Notes under the pieces: generated by a model | The model's input: only the letters and a program-made list of their open reading frames with translations | Told to the model about the DNA's origin: nothing | Database searches by the model: none | Position numbers and translations under genes: made by a program | DNA from: Desulfonema magnum | Lineage (GTDB): Bacteria; Desulfobacterota; Desulfobacteria; Desulfobacterales; 4be13 | Assembly: GCF_017377395.1 (NCBI RefSeq) | Contig: NZ_CP061800.1 | Location: forward strand, 3,429,633-3,493,632 | Length of the DNA stretch: 64,000 nt | Reading direction: 5' to 3' | Part shown: one piece after another, positions 53,046-63,784 of the stretch | Position numbering within the stretch: position 1 is the first letter of the stretch | Layout of the letters: each line of letters starts with the position of its first letter

Positions 53046-53659
53046 CTAATTTTACAAAATCCGTCAACCCCTGTTCTGAAAAAATTCAGGCATCACCAAA
53101 TTTTGAAGGTTGCCTTTCTTCAACCCGTTAAATGAATTGAATCAACAAATTAAGTATAAAACAATCTTAAACTCACTTAACCGCCGAGATATGTTTTTTT
53201 TACTTCCGGATCTGCAAAAAAGCTCCGCAGACGCCCGTTCCGGCGTAAGACCGCTTTTTGGGACAACATAACCCTTTCCAATTATTTGGGTTCCCAGTTC
53301 CGCAGGCACCAGGCGGGAAATCACCTGTAAAATTTTTCTTAAAAGTTATCTCACCATGTTGAATGAATTAAACAAAAGGTGTATTATTATTTTATATGAA
53401 AAAGGTGTTAAGTGTTAGGTGTTAGGTGTTAGGAAAAATTACAAATTTTTCATTTTTCGTTGTGACCACCAGCTCATACCTGTTTATAAAAAAGCCATGT
53501 CCTATTTTCTGATTCATTTGATGATAATCATTCATTTTTTTAACACATATATAAATATGAAACTGATTTGTCAAGAAAGATTGGATGAAAAAACGTGAAC
53601 ATTAAAGATCATATAACACAGTTTTTTGAAAGAACGCATTCTCTTAATCGAATTTCAGC

Positions 53660-53815
53660 AGATCGAAAAGTCTCCGGGATGTGCGCGGGAGAGCGGAGAA
53701 ACCCGGGGGGTTCCCGGACAAAGTGTCTCACCGGCCGGAAAAAGCCGGATTTCTCACCTGTCTGTCGTGTCCCTCCTGCGACAGCCCGAAAACTTTTTGA
53801 TCTGCTGAATTTTCC
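53660..53815. repeat. REP-like family 2 element
   Basis: gagaaacccggggggttcccgg...ccggaaaaagccggatttctcacc...cccgaaaactttttgatctgctga; ORFs 53595-53825 are repeat-derived. Confidence 0.7.
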
Positions 53816-54144
53816 CTTATACTGAAAAATCAGGTCAGGGAAACCGAATTTCTTCTATTTACAAAAATAATGGAAAAAGGTAATTTAAAAAAGACATATC
53901 CTAAGCTTTTAAGATTATGATCACTATTTTGTCCCACGGACAGGGGGAGACGACAAACATTATCAAAAATAAGCGTCCGCGGAATGCCAAACCTACAGTT
54001 TGCCGGTTTCCGCATTTCGGAAATTTGGTTCCTGCTTTGCCAAACTGTAAGTTTGGCACTCCGGAGGATGTAACGACTTAGCTATACAAAACAAACGGAT
54101 GTTTATTGCTGTTTTTAATCTATATGACAGAAGGAAGATATAAA

Positions 54145-55335
54145 ATGCCACACAAACTATCAGCGTCTTTTCACCAATGGCTTGTTGAGCTTCGGCGTCA
54201 GTTTCACCAGTTTCCGGAACTGCGATATGAAGAAGAAAAAACAGCGATCAGAATTTGTGACACGCTTAAATCATTCAATATCCCTTTTCAGACACAAGTG
54301 GGGAAAACCGGTGTCGTTGCGAGGGTTCGTGCAAAGCATGACGGCCCTGTGGTGGCTTTCCGGGCAGATATGGACGCATTGCCCCTGGATGAGGCAAATG
54401 ATGTTTCTTACAAATCACGGTGCCAGGGACTCATGCACGCCTGCGGCCATGACGCGCATATGACCATTGCTCTCGGGGTGATACGGTGGCTGCTGGAAAA
54501 CGACTGGCCTCAGAAGGGCGCGGGTGAAATTCTCTTTATTTTTCAACCCGCGGAAGAAGGCGGGGCAGGTGCCAGGGCAATGCTGGACTCCGGCGTTTTC
54601 GACAAAGAACCGGTGCAGGCCATTTTTGCCGGGCATGTGTTTCCTGACCTTCCTGTGGGAGATGTGGGAATTGTTCCGGGAATGGCCCATGCGGCAGTGG
54701 ATACCGTCACTATTCATCTGAAGGGAAAAGGGGGACACGGGGCATATCCGCATCAATGCAAGGACCCCATTGTCGCGGGTTCCTGTCTCGTGACCCAGAT
54801 CCAGACCCTTATCAGCCGGGATCTTCCCCCGCTGGAAAACGCAGTGTTCACCATTGGGAAATTTCATTCCGGAACAGCGTCAAATATTATTCCTGAACAA
54901 GCCGTTCTGGAAGGCACACTCAGAACCCTTAACCCGGGTGTCCGTGAAAACATCCTGAAACGCCTTGAGAAACTGCTTAAAGGTCTCGAAATATCGTTTG
55001 ATATTTCCGCGACAACTGAGGTGACTGAGGGGTATCCTGTGGTGCTGAATCATCCTGAACTGGCAAGCTATATGGAAACCTCTGCCAGGGAACTTCTGGG
55101 AACAGACCATGTGCATATCCGGAAACCCAGTATGGGAGCCGAGGATTTTGCTTATTTTTGCCAAACATGGAAGGGAATAATGATTAATATCGGGTGCCGT
55201 GATCCGCAAAAAGAGTTTCAGCATGGTCTGCATTCTCCTTATTTTAATATTGACGAAAATGTCTTAGATGTGGGAACGTGGTTTTTTGGCCATATTCTGA
55301 CGCAATATATTGAAAAGCTGATGAAGAGTCCGTGA
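54145..55335 (+). CDS. M20D-family amidohydrolase (N-acyl-amino-acid/hippurate hydrolase-like)
   Basis: ~396 aa; LVELRRQFHQFPELRYEE, GKTGVVAR, FRADMDALP, metal ligands ...ACGHDAHM...; start moved to MPHKLS at 54145 (AGGAAG RBS). Confidence 0.85.
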   Translation: MPHKLSASFHQWLVELRRQFHQFPELRYEEEKTAIRICDTLKSFNIPFQTQVGKTGVVARVRAKHDGPVVAFRADMDALPLDEANDVSYKSRCQGLMHACGHDAHMTIALGVIRWLLENDWPQKGAGEILFIFQPAEEGGAGARAMLDSGVFDKEPVQAIFAGHVFPDLPVGDVGIVPGMAHAAVDTVTIHLKGKGGHGAYPHQCKDPIVAGSCLVTQIQTLISRDLPPLENAVFTIGKFHSGTASNIIPEQAVLEGTLRTLNPGVRENILKRLEKLLKGLEISFDISATTEVTEGYPVVLNHPELASYMETSARELLGTDHVHIRKPSMGAEDFAYFCQTWKGIMINIGCRDPQKEFQHGLHSPYFNIDENVLDVGTWFFGHILTQYIEKLMKSP

Positions 55336-55371
55336 CAACAGGACATGACATAATACTCGGAAAAATTTTTA

Positions 55372-55388
55372 CCTGATGATCAGGTTTT
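55372..55388 (+). terminator. candidate intrinsic terminator (CCTGAT-G-ATCAGG hairpin + TTTT) after the M20D gene
   Basis: acctgatgatcaggttttcag 36 bp after the stop; part of a family 3 REP element. Confidence 0.35.
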
Positions 55389-55611
55389 CAGATTTGGTTC
55401 GGACAGAAAAAAACCTGATCATCGAGTTTCACCAGATCGAAACGAACTGACAATTCAGGTCATGTTCGAAATTCCGCCGTTCAGATAATCTTTGTAAATC
55501 AGATATCTGCACGCATAAGACAACCCGCCTGAACGCGGAACCGCGAACGTTTTCGATCTGCCGGGTTTTAAAAACCTCTCAGACCAGATTTGACAGAGGG
55601 AGGCGCACAAG

Positions 55612-58185
55612 ATGAACAAGGAGTTATCCCAAAAAATTGAAAAGATGTTCGGGGCTTTGGTGGGCATTCGGAGTGACACGGGAACACCGTCGGAAAAAGA
55701 TATCGAAGACTATCTTTTTTACTGGCTGGGAAAATTAGAATATTTCAGTCAGAATTCAAATCTGTATGGCAGACACAAACTGCCGTCTGACCCCCTGGAG
55801 CGTTCTGTGATATGGGGACTTGTCCGGGGAAACGGAAGCAAAACAGTGATATTCATTCACCACCACGATGTTGTTGATTCCCGAGATTACGGACCATTGT
55901 CAGACTGCTCAAATCGCCCGGAAAAATTGCAAAAAGCAATGGAAGACCTTGATCTGTCCGATGACGTCATGAGAGACCTGGAAAGCGGTGAGTGGATTTT
56001 TGGCCGGGGAACGGCCGATATGAAGGCCGGAGCAGCCATTCAGCTTGCCTTGCTGGAAGAATATTCAACACGATTCAATTTTAAGGGAAATTTACTTGTT
56101 TTATCTTTGCCTGACGGAGAATCACTGTCCGCGGGAATGCGGAGCAGTCTGAAATTATTAAAAGACCTGAAAAAAATATTTAATCTTGAATATCAGATGG
56201 TTATCAATTCAAAGCCTCATCACAGGGAAAAAGATAAAAAAGGAATTTTATACGAAGGGGCAGCCGGAAAATTAGTGCCGCTGATATATGTCAGGGGTAA
56301 AAGAGGGGCCATCGGAAATAATTTGGAGGGGCTGAGTCCTGTGCTGGTATTGTCTGAGATTGTGCTTCAGACCGAACTGAACACTGATTTTTCCGAAGTG
56401 GTTTCAGGCCAGGTATCTCCCCCGCCGTGCTGGAATTTTTTCAGAGACAGGAAAGCGTATTGTGACGCGTCCCCTCCTCTGTCCGCGGGGGGGGATCTGA
56501 CAGTGACCTCTTTGACAAAATCTCCAGAAGAAACCATGTCACAATTAAAAAAAATATGCGAAAATTCATTTTCCCGTGTCATACATAAGGCGGTTAAGAA
56601 ATATAATATATTCAGAGGAGAAAAAAATTCGGAAATTACCAATGATCCTCTGTCAGACATTGGAAGCAGGATGAAATTTCATGTGAAGACATTTTCAGAG
56701 CTTTATGAGGATGCTTTGAATAATGCCGGGAGGGAGTTTACCGAAGCTTATAATAAAACCATTGAAAAAATAAAAAACGATATCCTGGAAAATAAGCTCA
56801 ATGTTTCAGAGGGCACCTTTCTTATTATAGAAAAAACACTGGCGCATGTTCCGGACCTGTCACCCATGATCATCATCGCGCTTTCTCCGCCGTATTATCC
56901 GCACCTGACAAACACTGATTTTCAAAATCTGTCTGAATCGGTTTCAACATTAAGTGACAGGCTCATCTGTTTTGCCGAAGGCAGATGGAATGAGAAATAT
57001 AAAAAATTAAATTATGATATGCGTATGACAGATATGAGTTATTCGGCATTGCCGAACGGCGAAAAAGCCATGCCTTACATTATAACCAATATGCCTTTGT
57101 GGAAAAATATTTATGATGTCCCTTTTTCGGAAATGAAAGAATTATCCATACCTGTCATAAACATCGGTCCCTGGGGAAAAGACTGCCATAAATTCAGCGA
57201 AAGAGTTTTCAAAAGAGATGCGTTGGAAAGAACGCCTGAACTGCTTGAATATGCTGTTGATCATTTACTAATGGCCAAAGGAGGTGGTTTGAAAATGGCG
57301 AAAAGCAATCCCGGAGAGCAGACAGCCTGGTCAGAGGAAGCGGTTTATCAGCTTATGAAAAATTTGCATCATTCAGTTTTTCATGAAGAGCGAAAACGCA
57401 GGCTTGAAAATCATTCGGTGATAGATTCGGCATTGATCAGAATTTTCGCTTACAGACTTGCCTACCAGAATTTTGACATGTTAAAAAACCGAATCGCCGA
57501 AGTTGCCGACGAAATCGTCTCAGATGAAGTCAGACAGGAACTGATAAAACTGGAAGCTGAAAATAAGAAACATCCGGAGAGTGACGCCTCGCATCTGATA
57601 AATATCATTCTTATTCTGCTGCGTGAAGAAACAGACAAATATTTAGAGGGAGGGGAAGACTTAGGTATAACACTGGCAGAAGATGAAGAATTGGATTTGT
57701 CCCCGGAAGATGAGGAAAAGTTATTAGCATTATCTCCTGAGGACGAGAAAAATTTACTGGGTCTGCCGCCGTATGAAGAAAACCCGGGAGCCTTCCCAAC
57801 ATCGCAACACTCAGAGAAAAAAGAGGATAAAAACCCGCTCGGGATATCTTCATCAGGAACATTCAGACTGACAGGTGAAACATTAGAAGAATTTTCAAAA
57901 AGTCTTTCTGAATATACACAAAAAAGAGTTGTGTCATCCGTAGATAAATTAAAAAATCAGACCCCGGAAGAGGAGCCCGAAGTCCCTGGCAATCCGGCAG
58001 GAAAAGATGAGCAAAGGATTTTTCAGGAAAAGACAATAAATCCGACAGATGATGATGGTTTTGATATTCTCGCGAGGAAACTGGGAGATCAGCGATTGGA
58101 TGAGCTGATCTACGGAAAGAAAAAAAAGAAAAAAGATGAACTTGCAGATGAAGATGATGATAATTGGATGGGATGGGTAGATTGA
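55612..58185 (+). CDS. M20-family metallopeptidase (ArgE/DapE-like) with ~400-aa acidic, low-complexity C-terminal extension
   Basis: 857 aa; IFIHHHDVVD...FGRGTADMKAGAA M20 metal-binding motifs; C-terminal half rich in E/D/K (…EDEELDLSPEDEEKLL…KKKKKKDELADEDDDNWMGWVD); GGGAGG RBS. Confidence 0.7.
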   Translation: MNKELSQKIEKMFGALVGIRSDTGTPSEKDIEDYLFYWLGKLEYFSQNSNLYGRHKLPSDPLERSVIWGLVRGNGSKTVIFIHHHDVVDSRDYGPLSDCSNRPEKLQKAMEDLDLSDDVMRDLESGEWIFGRGTADMKAGAAIQLALLEEYSTRFNFKGNLLVLSLPDGESLSAGMRSSLKLLKDLKKIFNLEYQMVINSKPHHREKDKKGILYEGAAGKLVPLIYVRGKRGAIGNNLEGLSPVLVLSEIVLQTELNTDFSEVVSGQVSPPPCWNFFRDRKAYCDASPPLSAGGDLTVTSLTKSPEETMSQLKKICENSFSRVIHKAVKKYNIFRGEKNSEITNDPLSDIGSRMKFHVKTFSELYEDALNNAGREFTEAYNKTIEKIKNDILENKLNVSEGTFLIIEKTLAHVPDLSPMIIIALSPPYYPHLTNTDFQNLSESVSTLSDRLICFAEGRWNEKYKKLNYDMRMTDMSYSALPNGEKAMPYIITNMPLWKNIYDVPFSEMKELSIPVINIGPWGKDCHKFSERVFKRDALERTPELLEYAVDHLLMAKGGGLKMAKSNPGEQTAWSEEAVYQLMKNLHHSVFHEERKRRLENHSVIDSALIRIFAYRLAYQNFDMLKNRIAEVADEIVSDEVRQELIKLEAENKKHPESDASHLINIILILLREETDKYLEGGEDLGITLAEDEELDLSPEDEEKLLALSPEDEKNLLGLPPYEENPGAFPTSQHSEKKEDKNPLGISSSGTFRLTGETLEEFSKSLSEYTQKRVVSSVDKLKNQTPEEEPEVPGNPAGKDEQRIFQEKTINPTDDDGFDILARKLGDQRLDELIYGKKKKKKDELADEDDDNWMGWVD

Positions 58186-58219
58186 CGAACTAATCTCATT
58201 CCCACGCCGCGGTGGGAGA

Positions 58220-58366
58220 ACAAGACCCGACATCCGGGGCAGTTTTTCCTCCGAAACTTGAAACTTGAAATCCGGAGAGTCAGCGGATTCTCACGGATGC
58301 CAAGTTTCAAATTTCAAGTTTCAAATTTCAAGTTTCAACTTCCAACTTTCAACTTCCAACTTCCAA
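58220..58366. repeat. octamer microsatellite block (GAAACTTG / CAAGTTTCAAATTT / CAACTTCCAACTT units) between convergent genes
   Basis: ccgaaacttgaaacttgaaatcc ... caagtttcaaatttcaagtttcaaatttcaagtttcaacttccaactttcaacttccaacttccaactt; preceded by the hairpin tctcattcccacgccgcggtgggaga. Confidence 0.8.
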
Positions 58367-58367
58367 C

Positions 58368-59750
58368 TTATTCTGGTTTCATCACCATAGCCCCCACTGC
58401 CAGATAAGTATATCCTTTGGTGACGATGTCTTCGAAATCCGGGATCATACGTCTGCCGTCCATGACCAGATAAGGGGGCCTGGCTGCCTCTTCTATGGTT
58501 CGGGAAAGCCCTCGGAATTCTTCCCAGTCAGTAGAAATAAAGAGCGCGTGAGACCCTTCAATTGCCTCTTTGGCTGTCTCGTAATATTCTATTTTTTCAA
58601 AAAGAATATTCTTGGAAGGGGAAAAAGCATGTTTTGCGCTTTCAATGGCTAAGGGATCATAAGCCTTTACCTTGGCCACGCCCTTGCCGAGCAGAGATTC
58701 GATAAGTTTGATGGATGACGCGTCCCGCATGTCATTTGTATGCTTCTTAAACGCCAGCCCCAGCACTGCAACGGTTTTGTTATTGAACTTGAAGCCTGCT
58801 TCGGCAATGGCTCTTTCAACAAGATAAACCTTCTGGTATTCGTTGACTTCATAAGATGCTTCAAGCATCTTGGTGCTGACATTGACACTCCGGAGCTGAT
58901 AAATCAGCGAAGCAATATCTTTTCCAAAGCAGCTCCCGCCTGCCCCGTTGCTCACAAAGGATCCCCAGGTACTGATCCTGTCGTCCGAGGTAACGCCCAG
59001 TCTGAGATCATCTATTTTCACGTTGGGGAATCGTTCTCCGATTTTCGCTCCCACCCCGTTCCAGAAAGAGATATAGGTGAGAAGCATGGTGTTTGCGACA
59101 TATTTTATGGCTTCGGCTGTTTCCGGCGTGGTTTCTATATATTTTATTCGGACATGATTGACAAACTGGGAATAAACCCTGCGAAGAATTTTAAAATCTG
59201 ATTCATGGTCACAGCCCACAACAACGCGGTCCGGTTTACGTGCCTGCTCAACGGCCGTACCTTCTGCCAGAAATTCAGGATTGGATGAGACACCGAAGTT
59301 TTTTACCTCATGCGCGTTCATGATGTCCTGTAAGTGTCTGGCTGTTCCGATGGGAACCGTACTCTTATTCACAAAGACAATTCTGTTTTCATCATTCCTT
59401 TTGGCCGCTATTTCCGCGATATCCTCAACGGCCGCGTCGTAAAAAACAAGATTTGTGGACCCGTCATTGGGGTTGGGCGGCGTGGGAAGACATAAAAAAA
59501 TGGCATCAGCACCTTCTATGATTGCGCCCAGATCCGTAGAAAAGAACAAATATTTGCCAAGTGTTTCCTTGATAATATTTACCAGCCCCGGTTCGTTGAC
59601 GTATTTTTCAATTTCTTCAGCCTGACCATTGGAAAACGCGTTAATTTTATTCACATCATTATCATACGCATACACTTCATGTCCGTATTCCGAGCATACT
59701 GCCGCATGGACAAGCCCTACATATCCGGTTCCTGCAACAATAATTTTCAT
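58368..59750 (-). CDS. ugd: UDP-glucose 6-dehydrogenase / nucleotide-sugar dehydrogenase
   Basis: 460 aa; N-terminal NAD fold MKIIVAGTGYVGLVHAAV, central and C-terminal UDPG/GDP-mannose dehydrogenase family regions, catalytic Cys region GGSCFGKDI. Confidence 0.9.
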   Translation of the reverse strand: MKIIVAGTGYVGLVHAAVCSEYGHEVYAYDNDVNKINAFSNGQAEEIEKYVNEPGLVNIIKETLGKYLFFSTDLGAIIEGADAIFLCLPTPPNPNDGSTNLVFYDAAVEDIAEIAAKRNDENRIVFVNKSTVPIGTARHLQDIMNAHEVKNFGVSSNPEFLAEGTAVEQARKPDRVVVGCDHESDFKILRRVYSQFVNHVRIKYIETTPETAEAIKYVANTMLLTYISFWNGVGAKIGERFPNVKIDDLRLGVTSDDRISTWGSFVSNGAGGSCFGKDIASLIYQLRSVNVSTKMLEASYEVNEYQKVYLVERAIAEAGFKFNNKTVAVLGLAFKKHTNDMRDASSIKLIESLLGKGVAKVKAYDPLAIESAKHAFSPSKNILFEKIEYYETAKEAIEGSHALFISTDWEEFRGLSRTIEEAARPPYLVMDGRRMIPDFEDIVTKGYTYLAVGAMVMKPE

Positions 59751-59913
59751 ATTATTCCTTTCTCCGATTCACAGATCAGATAACCTGAACTGCCATAGAT
59801 ATTAAGATATGGTCGTCCTGCAAAGGCAGTGATGACATCCCGTTCAGTTTCCCGGATATCAGGGCTCTGAATCTCATTCATCACTGTTTGCGCAGGACTG
59901 GCACAATATTTTT

Positions 59914-60272
59914 TCTGATTATAACGGATTTAGGGGAGGCCGGCCAAGCCCATATGCATCAGGCTAAGAATGCGGGACGGCTGCCGGACGGGGTTTGCAA
60001 CCCCGTCCGAAACGTTTGCGGGCGGCGATCCGGAAAATATTCCGGACGGGGTTGCAAACCCCGTCCGGCAAAATCAGAGTTAATAAAAACAGTAGGTTGT
60101 AATCTTAGCCTGATGCATATGCGGCCAAGCCCCGTGGGGGGCGATATATTTGTAGCATTCATCATGCCGGGCAGGCCAAGCCCCGTGGGGGCGGCATATT
60201 TGCAGCAAATCATGCTGCAAATATGCCGCCCTTACAGGGCTTGGCCCCTTTCCTTAAATTCGTTATAATCAG
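59914..60272. mobile_element. composite MITE-like element (same 27-bp TIRs) carrying an inverted pair of the GCCAAGCCCCGTGGGGGCGGCATATTTG motif
   Basis: CTGATTATAACGGATTTAGGGGAGGCC ... GGCCCCTTTCCTTAAATTCGTTATAATCAG. Interior has GGACGGGGTTTGCAACCCCGTCC palindromes and unit-then-reverse-complement-unit copies of the 51-bp array unit. Confidence 0.7.
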
Positions 60273-60639
60273 TATTTTTTGCTAAAAAATCAGACAGTAT
60301 TATAAGTACCTGAGCAAAAGTTTTTTATACAGCTTTTTTCTGAGCAGCAAAGAAACCCGGGTCTTTCCTTTGTCGGAGAATTATCATTCCGGAAAAAAAG
60401 CTGGGTCTCTTTCCCGGGCAGATATTAAAAACTTATGGTTAGGTACTTATAAAAACGGTGTCATGTGTTAAGTATCACCCGATGATCAGGTTTTCTGACC
60501 TGATTTTCGAACAAAAAGCCTGTCATTCTGTTCGACGACCCGACTGAGATCAGACTTCGGCAGGCTCAGTCGAACAGAATGACAGTAAAAAATTTAATTT
60601 TCAAACTGTATAAAATCCTTACGGCAAAGGCAACTTAAA

Positions 60640-60860
60640 TTTAAATACTTATAAACGGACATGACCTGCCGTTCACAATGAAAAATGAAAGTTTTATATT
60701 TTTTCCTAACACTTAACACTTAACACCTGACACTTTCATATAAACGGCCATGATCTGCCAGTCACAACGAAGTATGAAAGTTTTGCATTTTTTCCTAACA
60801 CTTAACACCTGACACCTAACACTTTCATATAAACTCCCATGTCCTGCGGACACAACAAAG
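60640..60860. repeat. three tandem ~88-bp units (ATAAACGGnCATGAnCTGCCnnTCACAAnGAAnnATGAAAGTTTT + TAACAC octamers) immediately upstream of the IS110 transposase gene
   Basis: Three aligned copies read directly; copies 1-2 contain the reverse complement of the GTGTYARG microsatellite. Confidence 0.7.
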
Positions 60861-60945
60861 GATGAAACTTTTGATTTTTGGTTCAAAATGTCATAACTAC
60901 TCTCAGAATAAATATTTATCAACAATTATAACAGGAAGGACGGTT

Positions 60946-62202
60946 ATGACTAAAAAATCAGACACCCCGATTATTTCAGTAATGCATCCCGTTTGTTGCG
61001 GACTGGACGTTCACAAGAATATTATTTCAGCATGTCTTATTACTCTGAATCCCCTTGGCTCGCCGCAATATGAAGTGAGGGAATTCCCGACTTTTACAGA
61101 CAGCCTTTTCCTTTTAAGGGACTGGCTGACCGACAATAATTGTCCGACAGTTGCAATGGAAAGTACAAGTGTGTATTGGCGTCCGGTTCACAATATCCTT
61201 GAAGGACATCTGGATGTTGTCCTGGTAAATGCGCGCCATATAAAAAATGTTCCCGGCAGAAAGACGGATACCGAGGACAGCAGATGGCTTGCCAATCTCC
61301 TTCGCCACGGGCTTGTGAAAGGCAGTTTTATTCCGGCAAAGGAAGTGAGACAATGGCGTGACCTGACAACGCTTCGGAAAAATTACACACAGACTCTCGG
61401 AGATTACAAGAGGCGTGTTCATAAACTGTTCGAGACCGCCAATATCAAAATCAGTTCTGTGGTGACCGATCTGTTCGGAGTGACAGGACGTAACCTGATC
61501 AGTCTCCTTTGTGACGAAGATGCGGATTTAAGCCTTGAAAATATTGAAAAATGTGCGAAAGGAAGTCTCGGTTCCAAAAGTGCGGAACTTCATCGCAGTA
61601 TTCAGGGTTTTTTTGAAGATCACCATCGTTTTCAGTTAAAACTGCTTATGGATACAATTGAGGCAACGGAGCGGAATATTAAATCCGTAACTGCCCGTCT
61701 TGCCAGGCTTATGAGGCCTCATCAGGAAGTTTTGGATCGTCTGGACGAAGTATACGGGATTAACACAGTGGCCGGTCAGTCAGTGCTCAGTCATATAGGA
61801 TTCACACTGGAAGAATTCGGAAATGAGGCTGCTTTCTGTTCCTGGGCAGGACTTTGTCCCGGAAATAATGAAAGTGCCGGCAAGCGTAAAAGCGGCAGGT
61901 CCCCGGTCCGAAATCATCCCTTTAAAACAGTCATGGTTGAAATTGCATGGTCTGCCATTAAGAAGAGGGACTCATATTATAAGGACAAATATTATCGTAT
62001 AAAATATCGGCGCGGAGCCAAAAAAGCTGTTGTCGCAGTTGCTCACAGCATAGCAAAGGGAATTTATCATATAATAAAATACGGAGAATCTTTTGAGGAT
62101 CTGGGTAAAGGATATCTTTCCGGCAAAAATCAGGAAAAAAAGATAAACAGACTAAAAAAACAGGCCGCACAGTTAGGATATGACCTGGTTGCTTCCGCTT
62201 AA
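60946..62202 (+). CDS. IS110-family transposase (DEDD/RuvC-like N-domain + Transposase_20 C-domain)
   Basis: MTKKSDTPIISVMHPVCCGLDVHKNII...AMESTSVYW...; C-terminal ...WAGLCPGNNESAGKRKSGR...; start set at ATG 60946 with GGAAGGA RBS (ORF track starts at 60862). Confidence 0.9.
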   Translation: MTKKSDTPIISVMHPVCCGLDVHKNIISACLITLNPLGSPQYEVREFPTFTDSLFLLRDWLTDNNCPTVAMESTSVYWRPVHNILEGHLDVVLVNARHIKNVPGRKTDTEDSRWLANLLRHGLVKGSFIPAKEVRQWRDLTTLRKNYTQTLGDYKRRVHKLFETANIKISSVVTDLFGVTGRNLISLLCDEDADLSLENIEKCAKGSLGSKSAELHRSIQGFFEDHHRFQLKLLMDTIEATERNIKSVTARLARLMRPHQEVLDRLDEVYGINTVAGQSVLSHIGFTLEEFGNEAAFCSWAGLCPGNNESAGKRKSGRSPVRNHPFKTVMVEIAWSAIKKRDSYYKDKYYRIKYRRGAKKAVVAVAHSIAKGIYHIIKYGESFEDLGKGYLSGKNQEKKINRLKKQAAQLGYDLVASA

Positions 62203-62747
62203 CAGAGAATAACCTTAAAATAAATTGAAAACTGTAAAGAATATGAAGAATATACCGAATCCGTTTTTTAACAGGAAAGGATAATAACAGCCTGATGTAA
62301 ATAAAACTGAAGCACTTCACATTTTAAGGTCGGTGAAAAAATGGCGCCGCGAGCCCGATATAAACATGACCGGCCGGTCACCTGCACAACAAAATGTCAG
62401 CTCTTTTAAGAGACTACGAATATAAAACTTTTTTTTCAGGACCGGCCTCATTTTTTAAGAAGTGCGGAAATATTTTAAAAAGTCGTTCGGAGACTACGGG
62501 ACAAGTGTTTTTTTACTCTGAATATCCGTATTCGGCAATTATTTTATTCAGATAACGAACTAAATTTATTTCTTATTAATTAGAGTTTCATATAAAATAA
62601 TCTGAAAAAACTTGATCATTAAACATAACACTTTTATTTTGTGATATTTGAATTTTTTGACACTTTTATAAAAAAAATTTAAAATGATTGTTTTTCAATT
62701 ATAATTTGCCATTACCAGGGGCAGGGAAATGAAAAGGAAAATATGGA

Positions 62748-63683
62748 ATGAAACTTTCAGATTTAAATGAAAAAGATTTTTTAAAAGATATGGTCTCTCT
62801 TTGTCCGGATAGCATCATCGGGGTAAATCGAAAGGGAATTATCATTATTTTTAATCAGGCAGCAGAAAAGCTCATGGGTTACAAAAGGGAACATATCATC
62901 AACCTGGCACATATTACCGAAATATACAATTCCATGGAACGCGCGCGCCTTATCAAAAAAAAACTTTACAGTTCTGAATTCGGGGGAAAGGGGCAATTAG
63001 AGGGATTTGAAAGCGAAATTGTTCACCGGAACGGACAAAAAATACCGATTCGCCTCTCAGCCACACTGATTTTCAAACACGGCCAGGAAGTGGGCAGCGT
63101 GGGGTTCTTCCATGATCTTACGTTCAGAAAACAAATGGAGGCCAGACTTCGGGAACTTTCAATAACAGACAGTCTCAGCGGCCTGTTTAACCAGCGTTAT
63201 TTCTATTCCATACTGACAGAGGAAATGCTCCGGTCCCGGGAAAACCAGTGTCCGTTAAGCCTGATTTGTTTTGATATTGACAATTTCAAATGTTGTAATG
63301 ACAGACTTGGCCATCTGGAAGGGGACAATATCATCAGAATGGTGGGACACATTCTGAGAGACACATTGCGCCATAAGGATACGGCGTTCCGATACGGGGG
63401 AGATGAATTTATGGTTCTCCTCCCCGGAACGGATCTGAACAATGCACGTTTTTTAGCAGAAAGAATCAGAAAAGCATTCAATTCCCAGTGCAGTTTTTGT
63501 TCGGTTTGGGATAAGGACACATTTTCAGAACAGGTGACACTGAGTCTGGGAGTGGCCCAGTTCAATCCTGAAGAGGTGACAGACACATTTGTCAAACGGG
63601 CTGACCTGGCCATGTACGAAGCCAAAAGAGCCAGTGGCGATCAGACAGTGGAAGCCGGGATACAGATCGGAAAATACAAATAA
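62748..63683 (+). CDS. PAS-domain diguanylate cyclase (GGDEF)
   Basis: 311 aa; PAS-like N-terminus, GGDEF active site RYGGDEF, I-site-like RxxD upstream. Confidence 0.9.
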   Translation: MKLSDLNEKDFLKDMVSLCPDSIIGVNRKGIIIIFNQAAEKLMGYKREHIINLAHITEIYNSMERARLIKKKLYSSEFGGKGQLEGFESEIVHRNGQKIPIRLSATLIFKHGQEVGSVGFFHDLTFRKQMEARLRELSITDSLSGLFNQRYFYSILTEEMLRSRENQCPLSLICFDIDNFKCCNDRLGHLEGDNIIRMVGHILRDTLRHKDTAFRYGGDEFMVLLPGTDLNNARFLAERIRKAFNSQCSFCSVWDKDTFSEQVTLSLGVAQFNPEEVTDTFVKRADLAMYEAKRASGDQTVEAGIQIGKYK

Positions 63684-63784
63684 TTTTTTAATTCCATAGA
63701 TATTTGTTGAATAAAATAAACAAATGTGTATAATCCATAAGGTTAAAAACTATAATCTGCAACCGAATCAAAGGACCTTTTAAT

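Noticed and set aside
53046-54105. tRNA or other small RNA genes in this and other long intergenic regions (23574-24254, 47990-48233, 50454-51159, 62203-62747)
   Set aside because: No tRNA hallmarks (GTTCGAATCC-type T-arm, CCA-proximal acceptor pairing) were seen by eye. This cannot be excluded without tRNAscan or Infernal.
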